A stretch of 64,000 nt of DNA from Acanthaster planci (lineage: Eukaryota), in NCBI RefSeq assembly GCF_001949145.1, contig NW_019091356.1, forward strand, positions 2,612,932 through 2,676,931, read 5' to 3'. Below, one piece after another: positions 38,455 through 53,400 of this stretch. Each line of letters begins with the position of its first letter. Within the stretch, counting starts at the first letter, position 1. The position numbers and the translations under genes are program-made. Under the pieces are notes generated by a model that saw only the letters and a program-made list of their open reading frames with translations, searched no databases and had not been told where the DNA came from.

Positions 38455-41400
38455 TTACCGCGGCCCTTCTTGCATGCACACAGGGAGTCCGTACACAACC
38501 GGGGAGCACCCGATGAGGTGCTGCAGCTTACAGGCCTGCCTGGCTTCCGCCATGCCATCCAGTAGACTCCCTCCCCCGTCCAGCCAGGACCGCAGCAGCT
38601 GCTCCAGGAAGCGGTCGATGTCGCGGTCCGTCACGTCCCACAGGTTGGCAACCAGGCATGGGCTGAAGAATTTTTAAAAATGGTCAAATGTATGAATTTG
38701 CCCCTGGACAAAATCCATTTGCATCTAGTTCTGACAAACTGAGCGCATGGCCAAAGTGCGAATACATGTATAAATTCAAATATGGGGTGTCACTATGCTC
38801 GTGTCCATGGGCAGGCACTTTACCACAACTGGCTCTTCTTACCACCAAGGAGCCATGGGCACGTGAGTTGCTCATAATTTGTCAAACACTGAAGCGTAAA
38901 TTACCCTTAGATTAAAAAAAAATAAATAAATAAAATTCTCTGATGTGAAAGGTTCGTAATCTGGACACAAATGGATGCGCTCAAAACTTTTAAGAAAAAA
39001 TTGTAGGTGAAACTTTCGAACTGCATTTGCTGCTATGATGTTAATAAGATGGGTCGCTCCTTTACAATATACAACCTAATTGAGGTAAGGTTACCAAACA
39101 ACTAAATCCACTTTTGTGTTCGATCCTGATGGTTCTATTTCTCAGGAAGGGAAAATCTGAAATAGGTATAAAAAGGTCCTGGGTTTTTAGCATTACCATT
39201 CGGCTACAAGGTAGTTCAGCACCATGCCATTGGCCTCCTGGGTACCAGTGACGTGGAGCCGGCCGCTGCTGCAACCAATCAGAAGGCTCGTTGCACGGCA
39301 CGTCAGTCTTTGGATGTCGTCGCCTGTCAGGAATTCCCGCCCGTTGCCATGACCACAAAAGCTGCAGGTTAGGGGAAAATTTTTTCTATTTTGTTAAAAT
39401 ATTCACACTTTTTACAGTAGCTTTTTTTCAGATTTACAATCATATTTGCCACTCCGTATCTGCCTTGAGCAGAAGCACCCCCTCATCAGTTGAAAAGAGC
39501 CATGTTGGTAGGAAGTGTTCATATTTTTGTTAGCAATGCGACGGCAATACTAGCATTTCACAGACGTTCATGAACCAGCGAAATGCAGTTCCTACCAAAG
39601 GAGTCTCCGCTGCTAGGAAAATTGTGCCCTCCCTTGGTACAGCTCAGAGCTCAGAGAATGTATGCACAGTGCACCAGAACCAGGGGCAGTTTTTGGTGTG
39701 TGAATTCATTGACAATGAAGGTTCAAAGCACCTACTCGCGCAAATCACTGGGAACAATAGCCTTCCTTCCATGATAGTGCATCATGCGAGTGCTCTTTAT
39801 TTGAGGGAAAAAAAATGACATTCACTGCATTGTTAAGGCGTATTTCTTGCTACATAATTGTGTGCTGTTTAAATGCTATGAATCCACTAAGAATCAAAAC
39901 ATGACAAAAAACCTCTCCTTTTAATGCACACACTGAAATATACAATGTGAACATCTACTGCTTAGGTCTCATTTTTCCAGCCAGACGGTTGGGTATGATT
40001 TTACATAGTGAGGACCGTTCTTTGGTGGGAACGCACCTCTTGGGTGTAGACTGATGATAGATGCGCATTTGGCATGGGACCTGCAGAGCATGCCCGCCCA
40101 TTATCTGTAAGAAGGGATACTCGCGTGGGTGCCAGCCACATTCACGAGGTCAGTTTGGAAAACTTCTTAACAGTTTGTCCCTTCTTTGCCGGCAAAGGTG
40201 CGCTTGAACTCAGAATGGTTTAATAGCCCCAAACAAATTTTGATGTCAACACTGACACTGGACGTACGAACCAACCTCATGAAGCAGGAACCAATTTCTT
40301 AGCACTGTCAAGCAGAGAGTTTGCCTATAGCATAGAAATATACGCGTAGCAAATATGTATGTAGGTTATCGGCCAAAAGAGCCATACAAAGTGTGTGAAC
40401 TTCAGCTGGTTCTCCGCTCATTTTTGCTAAGCACGGACACCTGCCAAGCAACATTTTTTTGCTGTGAAATTGGGCTCAGGTTATCAACACTGAGTGACAG
40501 GGCCTAGCTACAGAAAAAAAAAAAGGGAGGTTGGGAAACTCACACAAAGAGCTGGTGGTCTGTGAGGGCAGACCTATACTCCTCCTTTGTGGGTGGTCTA
40601 GCGACCACACCCTTCCATCCATTCTCCCTGAAGATGGGAACAAATTGTAGAAACTGACATGAACGGTTCACTACTGAGAGACTGGAGAAACCACAGGGGG
40701 AGATTACCAACTCATGGAGGGAAAACAAAAAGTGGCTCCTTTTTTTCATTTGTGCAAATACGTTGATGCGAGTAGTGTAAGTAGTCCACAGCTTTTCCAT
40801 AAAGCGCTGCGTATGCTCTCTGTGATGCATGCCAAAATCCAACAAGTGATAGAAGAATTCAGAGTAACTGTTTGGGATCTGGATGGTGACTTATCCTATG
40901 GAGTACCGAAGTGTGATGTCTCTGTGAACCAGAAAGTGCAGTGTAAACGGATGGAGTGCGCGCGCGCGTTGGTTCACACGCTGGTTCTCGCGCTAATGCC
41001 TTTTACACACTGATTGTGCGTGTGACGTATCCACTTTGGTACTCTTTTGTGATAATTTTAATTAATTTAAAGAGCCTTACAGCACTGCAAGAAAGTTGTC
41101 ATTTTCTTAAGACATGCAACTGGTGAGGGTGAGAAAAATTAGTAACTTGAAACCAATCCCAAACCAAAACTGCCGCCCCTAAAATACCAGCCTATCACAA
41201 GCTTACTTCTCAAACCACTTTTGGAATGTCTTCTGCGTGTTGGCAAGGTCGTTGGACGGGTTCAGGACGTAGAAGGCATCGGATGGGTCTATCGGTGGTG
41301 GAGTGGAAAGGCAAGTCGGGGAGGTGAGCTGGGTACCGCTGGCCCTGCGGAGCCAGGAGAGGATGAAGTACAAGCTGGGCATCCGGCAGACGGGGCTCTC

Positions 41401-44400
41401 CCTCAGGATGGGGGTGGTCTCCCAAGGCAGCTGCTGGATTTGCTGCCAAAAGTATAAGGACAAAACAGCGGTTAATCTATGTGATTGAATTTACTGTTAA
41501 ACAAGTCTGAATAAGCCAATTCGGAATTTCAAAAAGCCAAGGTCTTTCGAGAACAAAGCGCATGCATGAGTCAATGTATGGCTACACTAATAGGACTGAC
41601 TATTGTGCGTGCGTACTGCTGTTCCCGCATGACCTCGGACATGCTTCAGTTTGGGCATGCACTGTTGGAATACCGATCTGCCTCATTGATTCATTCATAA
41701 CGCTGATTTCATTGCTCTTTGTGTATCCGGAGAAAAAAGAGGCCCAGGGGTGTAAGTGAATTATCCCTTCAGATGAAGTGTTTATTCTCAGCTTCAGGTC
41801 TGACTACTTCCTGGGCAACAACTGCTTCAAAGTAGACGTTTAAAAATGGACTAGGCAGCGATGTTTGACGAGGTCATGATTGAACTTGAAGTCCGACGTA
41901 CCTTGTCCAGAATGAGAATCACTGGTTCCCTGCGCGGTGTTGGTGCCAATTTTTCAGCCAGCTGCTTGACAGAGGCCGTAAGACTGGAGTGCTGCTCAGA
42001 GCCGGGTGAGAGACCGGTCAAACTGGCGAGGGCGCTGCTCAGCTGCAGCTTGCTGAGCTTCAGACATGATTCCAGGAGGCACTAAATTGAAGACGAGGAA
42101 TGACAAAACATTTTTTAAAAAAATGTGATCTAACGGCGGAGATGGTAGCAATTCAAAGTCCAATTCAAGTCACAAGTCCTTTGGTCTGGTCACAAGTCCA
42201 GTCAAAAGTCATTTGGTCAAAACAAAAGGCAAGTCACAAGTCTCTCTGTTAGAGTACAAGTCAAGTCACACATATTTATCCTAGTCACATGTCAGTAGGA
42301 TAGACCAGACTCGAAGTCAGAATTTGAAGCTATGAGCCGAACAAGGTCCTTTTTTTAAATTTCATGCAAGGCATAAATTGATAGACCTGATTTAAAAGTT
42401 GACGGGGTCGCTCGAGTAGATTCTGACTTGCATTGGTAACAAGTCATCTCTTGCAAGTCCAAGTCAAGTCACAAGTCATAGGTGGTGGTTACAAGTCAAG
42501 TTACAAAAATAGCAACTTGAATCTCAGTCGCATGACTCAAGTTAACAATTCTAGCAGTGCCTAAGATGACAAGATCAGATGTCAAGACTGCACAAAAGGG
42601 GTGACACGGTGGGAAAAATGCTGAGCAGATCTAATAAACTTGTTTTACGGAATTTACAATTGCTTTGGTATTGGCATATAGAGGATTTTCAGTCACGGAA
42701 GTTTCAATGGTCAACATTCAATTTACGCAAATGTGTGCAGAAATGCTTGCCATCGAAATCTCTCAACCCTCTGGCATTCATGAAACTGCCAATGAAAATA
42801 CACAGATTTGAAAATGCAAACGCCTCCACAGACATGGTATGCGTTCTGCAATGTCTTTGCCCGTCATGTAACGTCACATGGAAAACCTCTATAGCGCTCA
42901 AGAACTATAACAGGGAAACTTTCTTTTCAACAAAGAAGAATTCAATTTTGGGGGGGGGGCCGAAAGAGACATGAGTCTGAAGACACAAAAATGCACTTGA
43001 GAATGACAAGAGGTGACAGAGGGGCCCTTCAGAAATATCGTTTTCAAATTTCCTTTTTTTCAGCAGCCTACCTGACACATCTGGGAGTCCACCGTTCTCT
43101 GGCAGGCAGACTCCACCAGGCTCTTGAACTTCTTGGCAGCCTTATCCATTGCCTGTCTCTCCTCTTTGCACTTCCTTGCTCCGATCAGAAGTCCCTTCCA
43201 CTGCCCCAAGAAAGTCTCCTCCATTGCCTCGGTGAGGGCCTGTGGATATCCGGAGAGATACAGACCTTTAACTCACATCAAGCTACTATAAAAATGTTAC
43301 GAGATGTTACAAAGCACAAGGTCCATTTTTTCAAAACCATCATTTAAGGCTATTCTGAGGGAAAAATCTTGACTATCCAAAATTGATCAAGCCCTGAATA
43401 ATACATTCTCCATCATGCTAAACCCTTAACCATGAAATGATGGAAGCAGAAAGAGGACATAAATGAATCCAGCAATATTTCACTGGACATTCCTGATGGA
43501 TCCCTGTAATGGTGGAATCCTTTGTGTCAGGCTTGGGGGGGGAGCACATGTTAGGAAACGGCGGATCTGTGTAAGAGTCATCACAGTGCTTACCACCATT
43601 GGTGGGGGCCGCTGCAAATGAATAGTAATCGCGATAGTGATACCAAAGCCAAGGATTTTGTCAAGATGGAAAATGTGTCAGCGAGTGGCAAACAGAAAAG
43701 GCTTATTCGGCAGACCTGCATTCGCTGGTCCAGCTGCTGTCTGCAGGTCCACCAGGCTCTCTTGTCTGTCTCCTTCACGCTCAGCTTGCTCTCGGCCAAG
43801 ATGCTGTCAAACTCCGCCAGGAGGCTGGTGGCTGATAAACCCAGCCCACCGGTATGCTGCTTGCAAATGAGATAGAAAGGTAGCAGTCGGTACGAGCCCG
43901 AGCCATAAAGAGCGGTGTTCATTACCTAGTAAGGGAGCATCTCAAAAGTCAGAGCGCTAAAGAATATGCCAACGCAGGTGTGATCAAAGTTTTCCCTAAA
44001 GGAAAGGACATGTTGACTTTTGAAGTACTCCCTAATACAGTAATTTGCAAAAGTTTAAGACCACCTGGAATTTTATTGCCATTTTGTTACTGGGCCTGCA
44101 TTACATTGTCTCACTAAATGATTACTTAACATGTTTTTACATGGTGCATAACATCAGTGCAGTGCTATATACCAATTTGAGTGAAATTCCTTAAGTATGA
44201 TCGAGGGCTACAAACCCTAATCACCATGCTAGTGTGGCTAGTTCCTTACCATAGCCTGATTGATGATGACTGGCTTGTGACCACTGCTGAGGCGACACAT
44301 GACCAAGTGGTCGGCATCGGTCAGGCTGCCGGTCAGGGACACACTGGATGAGACCACAGACAAAATGCACACAGTCCATCCTGTGAACGGGATTGATATC

Positions 44401-47400
44401 GTTCCAAAAAGTGATGTAATTTGTGTCCATGTGATATTTGGGCTAAAATATGAGGCCGTGGAACTCACTGTTATACATGTGACAATACGACCTTAGTCAC
44501 AAGTCACCAGAACCTCTTCTGGCCTGTAAGCAAAATCTTGTACAATGGAAAACCAACAGAAAATGTCAGAGGTTTCATTTACATAATGCCAGTATCATCA
44601 ATAATATGCAAAACTCAGTAAATGAACATGAAGAATGATTTCTTTTCCAATGCATATTAAACCATGTGACAGGTTTTGCTCTTTAAACTGTATGCTGTTG
44701 CAAGGATCCTCTTTACAGAGAGAGTAGACTGTACATTTTTGGGGGATCCAGTGGTGAAGACACAGGGAACTTCGGCATCCCCCCTCAGAATCCTACCTTG
44801 CATATGGCACACTGCTGAGAGTGTATGACTCTTACCCTCGGGTAAAGCGGTCAGGGTCTGCTGCACCACGTCTGGCTGGGCGTCTCCCACCGAGCCCTCG
44901 CAGAAGTTGAACAGTGCTCTCTGCTTGGCCAGATGCTGTAGGGTGGCCCCGTGTGGCGTGCTGGCCTTGCTGCGGCCGTCCAGCGCCATCTCGGCCAGAG
45001 ATTCCGTCAGATTCTGGACGCCGTCCGCGTCAAGCTCTTTCTTCAATTTCCTGAATTGGGAAGCAAATTGAGATTGGGAGAGATGAAATGGAATGTCATA
45101 AAAAATTGCTGACAGATAAAAATTATGCCAAGAATCTTAAAGAACTAATTGTCCTCTAAAAACTTGTACAAAACTACAACAAACCACCACACTGAAAACC
45201 AAGACAAGTTTAAACAGGGAGAGCAAGAGAGAATGACGACTTCAACTCACTTCATCTTCTTGGCCAGACTAGCCAGCTTCTGGTGACGCAGGGTCACAGC
45301 TGCGGCCTCGCTCAGGTAGTAAGCTGCCTTCATTGGCTCCCTGTCGCCGTGGCAGGCAGCCAGTAGCTGGCACACACGGCGATACAGGAGGGAGGGGGCA
45401 CGGTGACAAACCTGGGCGCTGATCTGCTCCAGGCCGGCGATCACCGAGTCGAGACTGGTGTCTGTGTAAGGTTGAAAAAAGTTCGAATACAAGATCTCCA
45501 GATAATGAGTATTAAGGGTAAGAAGAGTGCATTGAGTTGATTACCAGAAACCAAACTTTGCCACCAACGGACGCTTTTCTCTCACGAGCAAAAATCATTT
45601 ACAACTTAAGGTGGGGAAAGTATAAGAACTAGGGAGAAAGTGGATTGAAAATGGGTCTGCATTCAGAATTTAGGCCTCAAGCAGTGAAATTCACAAGCCA
45701 ATATAACTTGGAGAATTGTGCCTCTTTAAAAACAGATGTGCCTTTTGACAAACACTTTGACGTTTCTGATGTGGTCACAATTAATTCAGTACTGAATACA
45801 TGTTCACTTCAGTGACTTTCATGGTCATCATGTTCATGATGCCATCTTTCAACTGTTGCAACACTCTCAATCTAAATCTACAAGGGAGGACTTTTCATTG
45901 TATTTTTGGAAAGAATGTACTGAAATCTAAATTTATTCCACTGTGCCACACTAGAGGGAAAAGTTCTATCAGCAATTTCTGTAAACAAAGTCAAGAAATG
46001 GTCACTCTTTCAGCCCTGACCTAAGTTGGATAACCCAGTTTGAGCGATTCCATCCTGGTCAGCAATAACAGCCTGTTGCTGTGGCCTTCTCCTTGTTGAC
46101 AGAGCATCCACGGGAGCATTCTTTGCCCCTCTTGGTACCTCGGTATCTTCAACAGTCCATTTTTTGGCAGTCTTCCTTCTGGATGTTGCTGGCTTCCGGG
46201 CTGTCTTACGGCGGACATTGAGGGCGCTTCTGGATTCGTCAGAGTCTGAGGCCGCTCTGGGGATTTCAATCTCGTCCAGATCCGGCAAGGCGAGAGAGGT
46301 TCTCTCTGAGAGAGAATCTGGGGTCGGGATGTCACGAGTTGACGGGCTGCTCTCAAAGTCAAAGTTCAGACTGCCATGGTTTGGGCTCCCGGGAGACAGT
46401 GAGTGCACCTTAGTGGGTGATTCCAGCTCCAGGAAAGTTGGCAGAAGATCCAGGAGCATATTGTTGCTGACCTGGTTTACGACCTCTGACCGCAGGTTCT
46501 CAACGTTGGGCTTCCGGCCTCGTTTCGATCTCGTCGCTGTCACCTTGGGCTCGGCCAGTTCTGTGTCTGCTGCTCGGGGTTTTCTACCCCGCCTAGGTTT
46601 GGTTTCTGTGTCTCCTACTTGGGTTGGTTGTATAGACTTCTGTGAAGGCTTGGATGTAGCACCTTCCCCCATTAGGTCCTCATTTTCTAGTGGATTTGAG
46701 AAAGTTTCTGCATCCAAGTTGAGCCTCACTGACTTTTTGGCTGTTTGTCTCTTTGATTCTGTGGCAGTCTTACGGCCTTTGTTCTCAGTTTCATCTTCAA
46801 ATACATCGCCATCATCTGAATTACACAAGTCTATGATCTCAGTGCTGCGCTTGCTGATTTTTTTCGCACTTTTGCTGGACCTGCCACGTGTTGCTTTCCT
46901 CTTCGTCTTTGTGGGACTTGGCTCATCAAAATCAAATGCACTCAGCGGAGCCGAGTGGAGAGGTGTGGCCTCAACCTCGACAGTTTTCTTGGCGGGCCTT
47001 TTCTTTTTGACACTGAACATCAGGGCTCCCTTCTTGGACCTTGACGCCACGTTATGTGGTGTTGCTTGGACAAGTTGCTGTAACTTTCTGCTACTTTTGG
47101 TCGAGCAAGCTGGCATGTGGGAAATACCGTCGGAATCATCCTCATTATCGCTTACGTCACAGAAGATACCCAGCTCAGTGACTTTCTCTGAGAGTTTCCG
47201 AGACACTTCAGGCCGCTGCATTCTTTCAGAGAACACCATGTCTTGGAACTGGGTCTGGTGCTTGGTCCCTTGCTTGCCCAGGTCTAGTTGGTGAAACTGT
47301 GAAACAAGGTCTCCTTCGTAAGATGGCACATCCTTGTGATGTCTACTGCTTGGCTGCAAATCCCATGTTGAGAATGTCAGATCGCCAACTGTTGTCTCAG

Positions 47401-50400
47401 TTGCTCTTGCCTTCAGTTCTAGCGAGACAAGGATTCTGTAAAAATGCAACCATGCCTTAGGAATGTTTTCATCAATGGATAGTTCCAGGCCTCCTGCGAT
47501 AGTGTGTTCAGCCTCTGAGAGATTGCCATTCAGTAAAGTCAGCCGTGTGATGCATACGTGAATCTCAGTTGTTGCTCTTGCATGCAAGTTGACTTGACCT
47601 CCGCTGCTTCGACTGGGCCTGGCCAGTTTCATCTCCGGTCCTTTAGTCTGCTTCACCCCTTCATCATTGTGTAAGCAAGAGGAACTCCTGAGCAGGAGTG
47701 ACGGCGTTTTCGTTGCACTCCAGTCTCCAATGTCCAGAGCCACTCGTAGGTTTGCGAGAGCTTGGGTTGGTTCGCCCTGAAGTTCAAGCCTCTGGGCAAG
47801 CCGCAAGAATGATGTCATGTCTTGCGCATGGAGGGATACGTCGGCGCATGAGGCACACAGGCAGTCCGACGGGTGGGAGTGGTAGCTGGGCAGCTTGACA
47901 GTTTGAGCTTTCAGCCAAGGAGAGGAAGAAGTGTCCGTGTCTTCAAGACGCCATGTTGTCGAGGAGCACTCGGCAGAGATGGAGATCCGCTTTGTCCTGA
48001 TGAAGTTATCGTCATCAGTCTCCTCATGGGTCTCTGATCCACTACTGCTTTTCCTTTCATCCTGAGTAACCATTGATGCACCTCTCCATCTTGCTTGGGC
48101 TGCTTTCTCCGGAAGGTGGAGGATTTGCTGGACCTTGGAGAGGCTGGCTTGGCAGTCGTCTTCCTGACCGCACTGGACGTGCAGGTTAGAAAGCTGGAGG
48201 AGGAAAGCAACGCTCCTGTGGTGGAGAAAAAGGAAGAAACATTTCAGGAAGAATAGTCTTTTGACTTAGGCAGCTCCTCAGAAAATTGTGACCAACTTCC
48301 TCAACAGGCGACTAAACTACAGAGACAAAGGTTGAGCTCACTAATTACCAGTGGCACTTTGGGCAACAGGAAGCCATAATTCCAATGCTTACTTCAAAGC
48401 AACTTTTAATAGCCTGACCACCGCTTTGCATATTTTTCGATAAGCTATGTTTTTTTGCTGCTTGATCACAAAATGAAACTTACAACACAACTTTTCACAA
48501 ATAATTTAATGTTTAGCATTTGAACACTGCAGTGCCGCACAAGTCAAGCTCCTAGATTTAATACCCAAAATCACTACAACATCTGAAATTTCATTTTGAA
48601 TATAAGAAAGATGAGACAGCAAAATAGGCAAATGGACAGACAGGCACACAGAAAACAGCATCATCTGAGTAACCTCCTGGGCAGCATGAACTTGTCAGCC
48701 AGTAGAAGGCCCTCCTTGAGGTAACTCTTTGCCTCTCTGGTGCACCCCTGCTCCAAGTACAGACTGCCCACATCGTACAGTGACCGCAGCACGTTGGCCA
48801 GCACCGTCCACTGGTTGAACTCTAGGTCATTCCCTCCTGCAAGAGTTTTGGAAATGGAGGGTTACATTCTCATCAGGTAGAATTTGCCCCCGTTAGGATG
48901 TCTTCATCCTGGATCGTCCCCCCTAAGGTTGAGCTGCATATGCCAACACATAGACTCAGTGGTCTCTCCAGAGAAAAGCACTTGCTGACTGAACTCAACA
49001 ACTGGCTCATTCCAGATTAATCTCCTGCTGAAGAATATTGAGGGAGACAGGGTTCAGACCTGTAACCAGCAGAAAGGTCACATCAGCTATTTGAGCACGC
49101 CTATGGTGGCACAGGTGGCAGATGACAAGGACCGTGCTCAAGCCTAGACGGGTTCCACAAACCCCCTTGGGATTAAAAATGCCCAAGCGCAATAAAAGAG
49201 GGCGTGTTTTTTGGTACTCACCGCACAGGTGCGTTTATAATGGAGATCAATGGCGCGTTTGAGGCGCTGCATGGTGAGTGAGCATAACAAATTTATTCCT
49301 TAATGTATGATCTCTGCGTACACGCAAAATGCATGCAAGAATCTGCCTGGGAAAACTTACAACCATCCGTCTTTCTTTTGGGGGTGCCCTTCAACTGGGA
49401 GCGGGTAGTCTAATGACGTAGAGTTAAGTGACTAGGGGGGCAATGCTTGAATCCAGCTTCGGTCAATTACCATTAATCAAGGGTGGCCTATAAAGGTTTA
49501 ACACCTGGATGACTAAAATAACAAGAAATATCCTGCATCCGTACCCGAATCATTGCCCACTGCAGCCAACTTGAATCCCTCTCCTTGCAAGCTCTGCTCA
49601 TTACCAAACACCCCCTCACCAAACATCAGCCTGCCCACCCCCATCTGCAGCCGCATGGCTTCCGCCTGGAGCTCCAGCGGTGAGAGGTCGTCGGGGACCA
49701 GGCCGCGCAGGACAGATGCGTCCTGGGACCGCTCTGAAGGGGGACGGAGCAGGTAGAGGGCCTGGAGGTGTTTGATGGAGGCGTTCCGGAGGTAGGCCTG
49801 CCGGGATCGGCGCTTGTGGCTGTGGATCTGGAGGACTTTCTCCAAGAGCGTTTCAAATTCTCCAGTCTGGGAAAATATAAGTCAAGCTTAGGTTAGGCGT
49901 TCTGTAATCTGAACATATCAGTGTTTCTAACAGTGAGTAGGACCTAGTACTGCTTTGCTGAAAGACACTTTGCAGGTCCACCATGGGGAATCAATCTCTT
50001 CTATAAGAGTGGTGATTCTGAGAACCGGTGAGTGTGAACTCAATGTTTCTATCAGGATGCTCTAGTCGTCCTCTGAAGAGAATAACGATGCCACAGCTCA
50101 GCTACAGCTGAAAACAAGCAATCTTCTCAGAATTTCCCACTGATCTTTCTTCCTTGCCAAACGGGTATGGTTAAGGGACAGGCAAGATTGAAGGACTTAA
50201 GCTTGATGATGGCTTGAGTCACTGCTTCATTAAAAGATTGCGGGGCAGACTTTGCAAGCGAGAGACATACCTTGTGGGCTGCCAGCACCACGTAGCACTT
50301 TGCGATTGTGAATGCCACTTGCAGGCCTGCCCCGTCTTCGCCCTCCGTCTCTGCCTCTCCCATCAAGGCCTGGGCTGGAGCCAGGAGAGCTGTAGCCTCC

Positions 50401-53400
50401 TCCACCGCTCCCATGCGACAGAGAGCTTGAATGATCTGGCAGTAGGCCAGGACGGTGTCTTCGTTTGATGAGGTGGAGATGGAAAGAACCACCAAAAGGT
50501 TGAGGGCTTGGACTTGCTGTATGGGCTGCAAATATTTTTTAAGACACATTTTCATCCCTTTTGAAACTTCAATCTGATGAAGAAACATGAATCTCTAAAG
50601 AGCACTCCCGTAAATGTGATATTTTTTAATCACAAGACCTTTTGTGTTTTCATGTAAGGGATGCTATAGGCAATTGGCAACTTTGAAATTACTTGATTGC
50701 TAATGAAATGTGCATCTGAAAAACCTGGCAAAAATCCTACATAAATGCAAAGTTTAAAATCACAAGGTTTCTCATTTGAAGGTGGTGTTAGTGGTTAGTA
50801 AATCAAAATATGAAATTGGACAAGACTTTATCCTCCGGTATTAGTTTTTTACCGAACAAAATGATGAAAACTTGTAACAAGTTTTAAGTCTCCCAATGTC
50901 CGATTTCAGACCTAAGGAGACTTAAAGATCTCTTGGCTGAAAGATCTTGTACTCGTCAAAACTTACGTTGGCGTGTCCAGTTTGATCGTTGACTAACTGG
51001 TTTGTATGCAATACGGCAAAGTGTCCCATCCAAAAATAACACCATGCACTTTTTCATCAAATGTGAGTCAAATCCCTTACCCTGTCGGCCAACTCACACA
51101 GCGAGGCGGCCACCTTCAGGCAGTAGGACGTGCACGCTGGGTCGTTGAACATGGACTGGCTGCAGCCCTCCGCCACCAGGTCCATCCAGATGTCCAGGGC
51201 CCTGTCCAGGGGCTCGGTAGCCGAGTGCTCCGTGGCCAGGGTGTAGCCTGAGGTGGACAGCAGGTAACTGGAGGCTTTGTCCTTCTTGATGGTGGCTGGC
51301 TCAGGGCAGTCTGCTCGAGTGGACTCCCCTTTGGTGTTGGCAAACTGGGACGTGATATAGGTTGCCTGACCAAAGAAATACAAGTGTCATGATGGAGTGA
51401 AAAGAGAAAAAGAGTAGAACACCTCTAATAGTGTCAATGAAATTTGTACCTGAATGAAATCTGGCTTATTTTTACTTATATAGTATCATAATGTACCCCA
51501 TCTGTGTCACACGACTTGTCTGCNNNNNNNNNNNNNNNNNNNNNNNNNNNNNNNNNNNNNNNNNNNNNNNNNNNNNNNNNNNNNNNNNNNNNNNNNNNNN
51601 NNNNNNNNNNNNNNNNNNNNNNNNNNNNNNNNNNNNNNNNNNNNNNNNNNNNNNNNNNNNNNNNNNNNNNNNNNNNNNNNNNNNNNNNNNNNNNNNNNNN
51701 NNNNNNNNNNNNNNNNNNNNNNNNNNNNNNNNNNNNNNNNNNNNNNNNNNNNNNNNNNNNNNNNNNNNNNNNNNNNNNNNNNNNNNNNNNNNNNNNNNNN
51801 NNNNNNNNNNNNNNNNAGACAGTGTAATGCAGGCCCAGTGACAGAAATGGCAATAAAACTCCAGGTGGTCTTAAACTTTCGCAAATGACTGTACAGCCAA
51901 TGAGTGTGCTCTAAAGAGTATGACTTTCAACACTACATAAAGGCTATGTGCCTATCTGTGCTCACAGCAGTAAAACCCATTCTGTTACTGTAAATCCTCC
52001 TGCTCTGGTAAACAGGAGGTCGAGGGTTCGAGTCCCGCTCAAGTAAACTTCACTTTTTCTAGCCAGCTCTGAGAAAATATTGAGCGTACAAAGCTTCAAA
52101 GGATTCCTTGATATGAAGGAGAAAACCAAATATCAAAATAAATTATGCACAATGAACGGAATACATTTATATGAACAAAAACATGCGAGACTGAGTTTAA
52201 GTAAAAGTGTCTGAAGTTTCACGCTTACCTGACTGGCCTCGCTCTGGCAGATGTAGAGCCAGAAGTGAGCCGTGGCCAGCAGGTCAAACACCACCAGGTA
52301 ATCCGCACTGCTCGCCTCCTGGTCCTGCTGCTGTTGCACGATGTCTTGGGCTAGTTCCTCCAGGAGGTGAATGGCCTCCTGGCAGCAGTCGACAGGAGAG
52401 CTGGAAAACCACATTGAGAGAGAGTGAACCTTTCTGTGTATACCATGGGCACTCTTAGCCAGGAATTTGACCGCAAACCACCCCCCCCCAATCCTCCGCG
52501 ATACTGTCTCAGATGCAGGAAGCCGATGGCACATTAGTTGAACTTGACTTTTCAACGGTCATCGACCTCCCTGTTAGGCAATATTGTCTGGGCTCGATGG
52601 TTCTAAATCCTGGAAATGTCCTTCAAAATCTTGGGACGGATTTGAAGGATCATAGACAGGTTTAAAGTCAAAATGGGGAAATGAAATTTTAAATAGCAGA
52701 AATGTACCCAAAAAAGAGGAAAGTAAGGAATTTTAGGCAACACTGAAGTATTAGGTAGAAAATGCTGTCAGGAACACAGGCAAGACAAAAGAAATTTACC
52801 ACTCCATGATTACTTCCCCCTCCTGCAAAATATCATTGCCCTATCAAGTATTCGGTAGAAAAAATTCATGCAGAGAGGAAAATGGTTCTTTCTAAGCCCT
52901 AAGAAATGAATGAGCTTACCAGTCAGTGTCTAGCGTGCCATCGCGTAATAGCTGGGCCTGTTCAATGCGGGCGTGTGCCCTGTGTAGTCTCATCCTATCT
53001 TCGCTGTACAGGCTGAGGAGATCACACACAACGGCATACTGCTCCACCGTTGTGTCATACCTGAGAAAAAGGAGCCAACCAGGGTATCATGCTATCTCAC
53101 GGTACCAAAGAAATTTGACAAAATAAATGCCCACTGCTAGATGGTAAAAATCTGAAGCACAAATGCCCTGTCAAGCATTTTAAAACTAGGACTATGATTT
53201 CTAGATTAACTTATTCAGGCAGGCAATCAGGAATTCAGAAAAATGTGACAAAAATCTTAACTAGTCTACGAAAGACGTGGTACACCGTACGGTGCTTTTA
53301 AATTTCCAATGACGCGCATGTGAAGCAAAAAATAAAGAAATTGCTGATCTGAAGAAAGGTTGCACACTGGCTGATTTAGGACCGAGTCACTTCGGAAGCA

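Noticed and set aside
40046..40110. C/D snoRNA candidate (CTGATGA...) in an ESPL1 intron
   Set aside because: It is antisense to the host gene and has no proper terminal D box or stem.
46164..47294. 376-aa plus-strand ORF
   Set aside because: Antisense shadow of the large separase exon, with no recognisable domain.
47911..48210. Alternative-frame ORF suggesting a frameshift in separase
   Set aside because: With the phase-2 acceptor at 48215 the exon reads open in the 46010-48073 frame, so no frameshift is needed.
51476..51884. ORFs spanning poly-X
   Set aside because: Artefacts of the N gap.
52004..52045. tRNA gene
   Set aside because: Only a T-arm/B-box is present, with no acceptor stem or D-arm. 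Treated as a SINE remnant.
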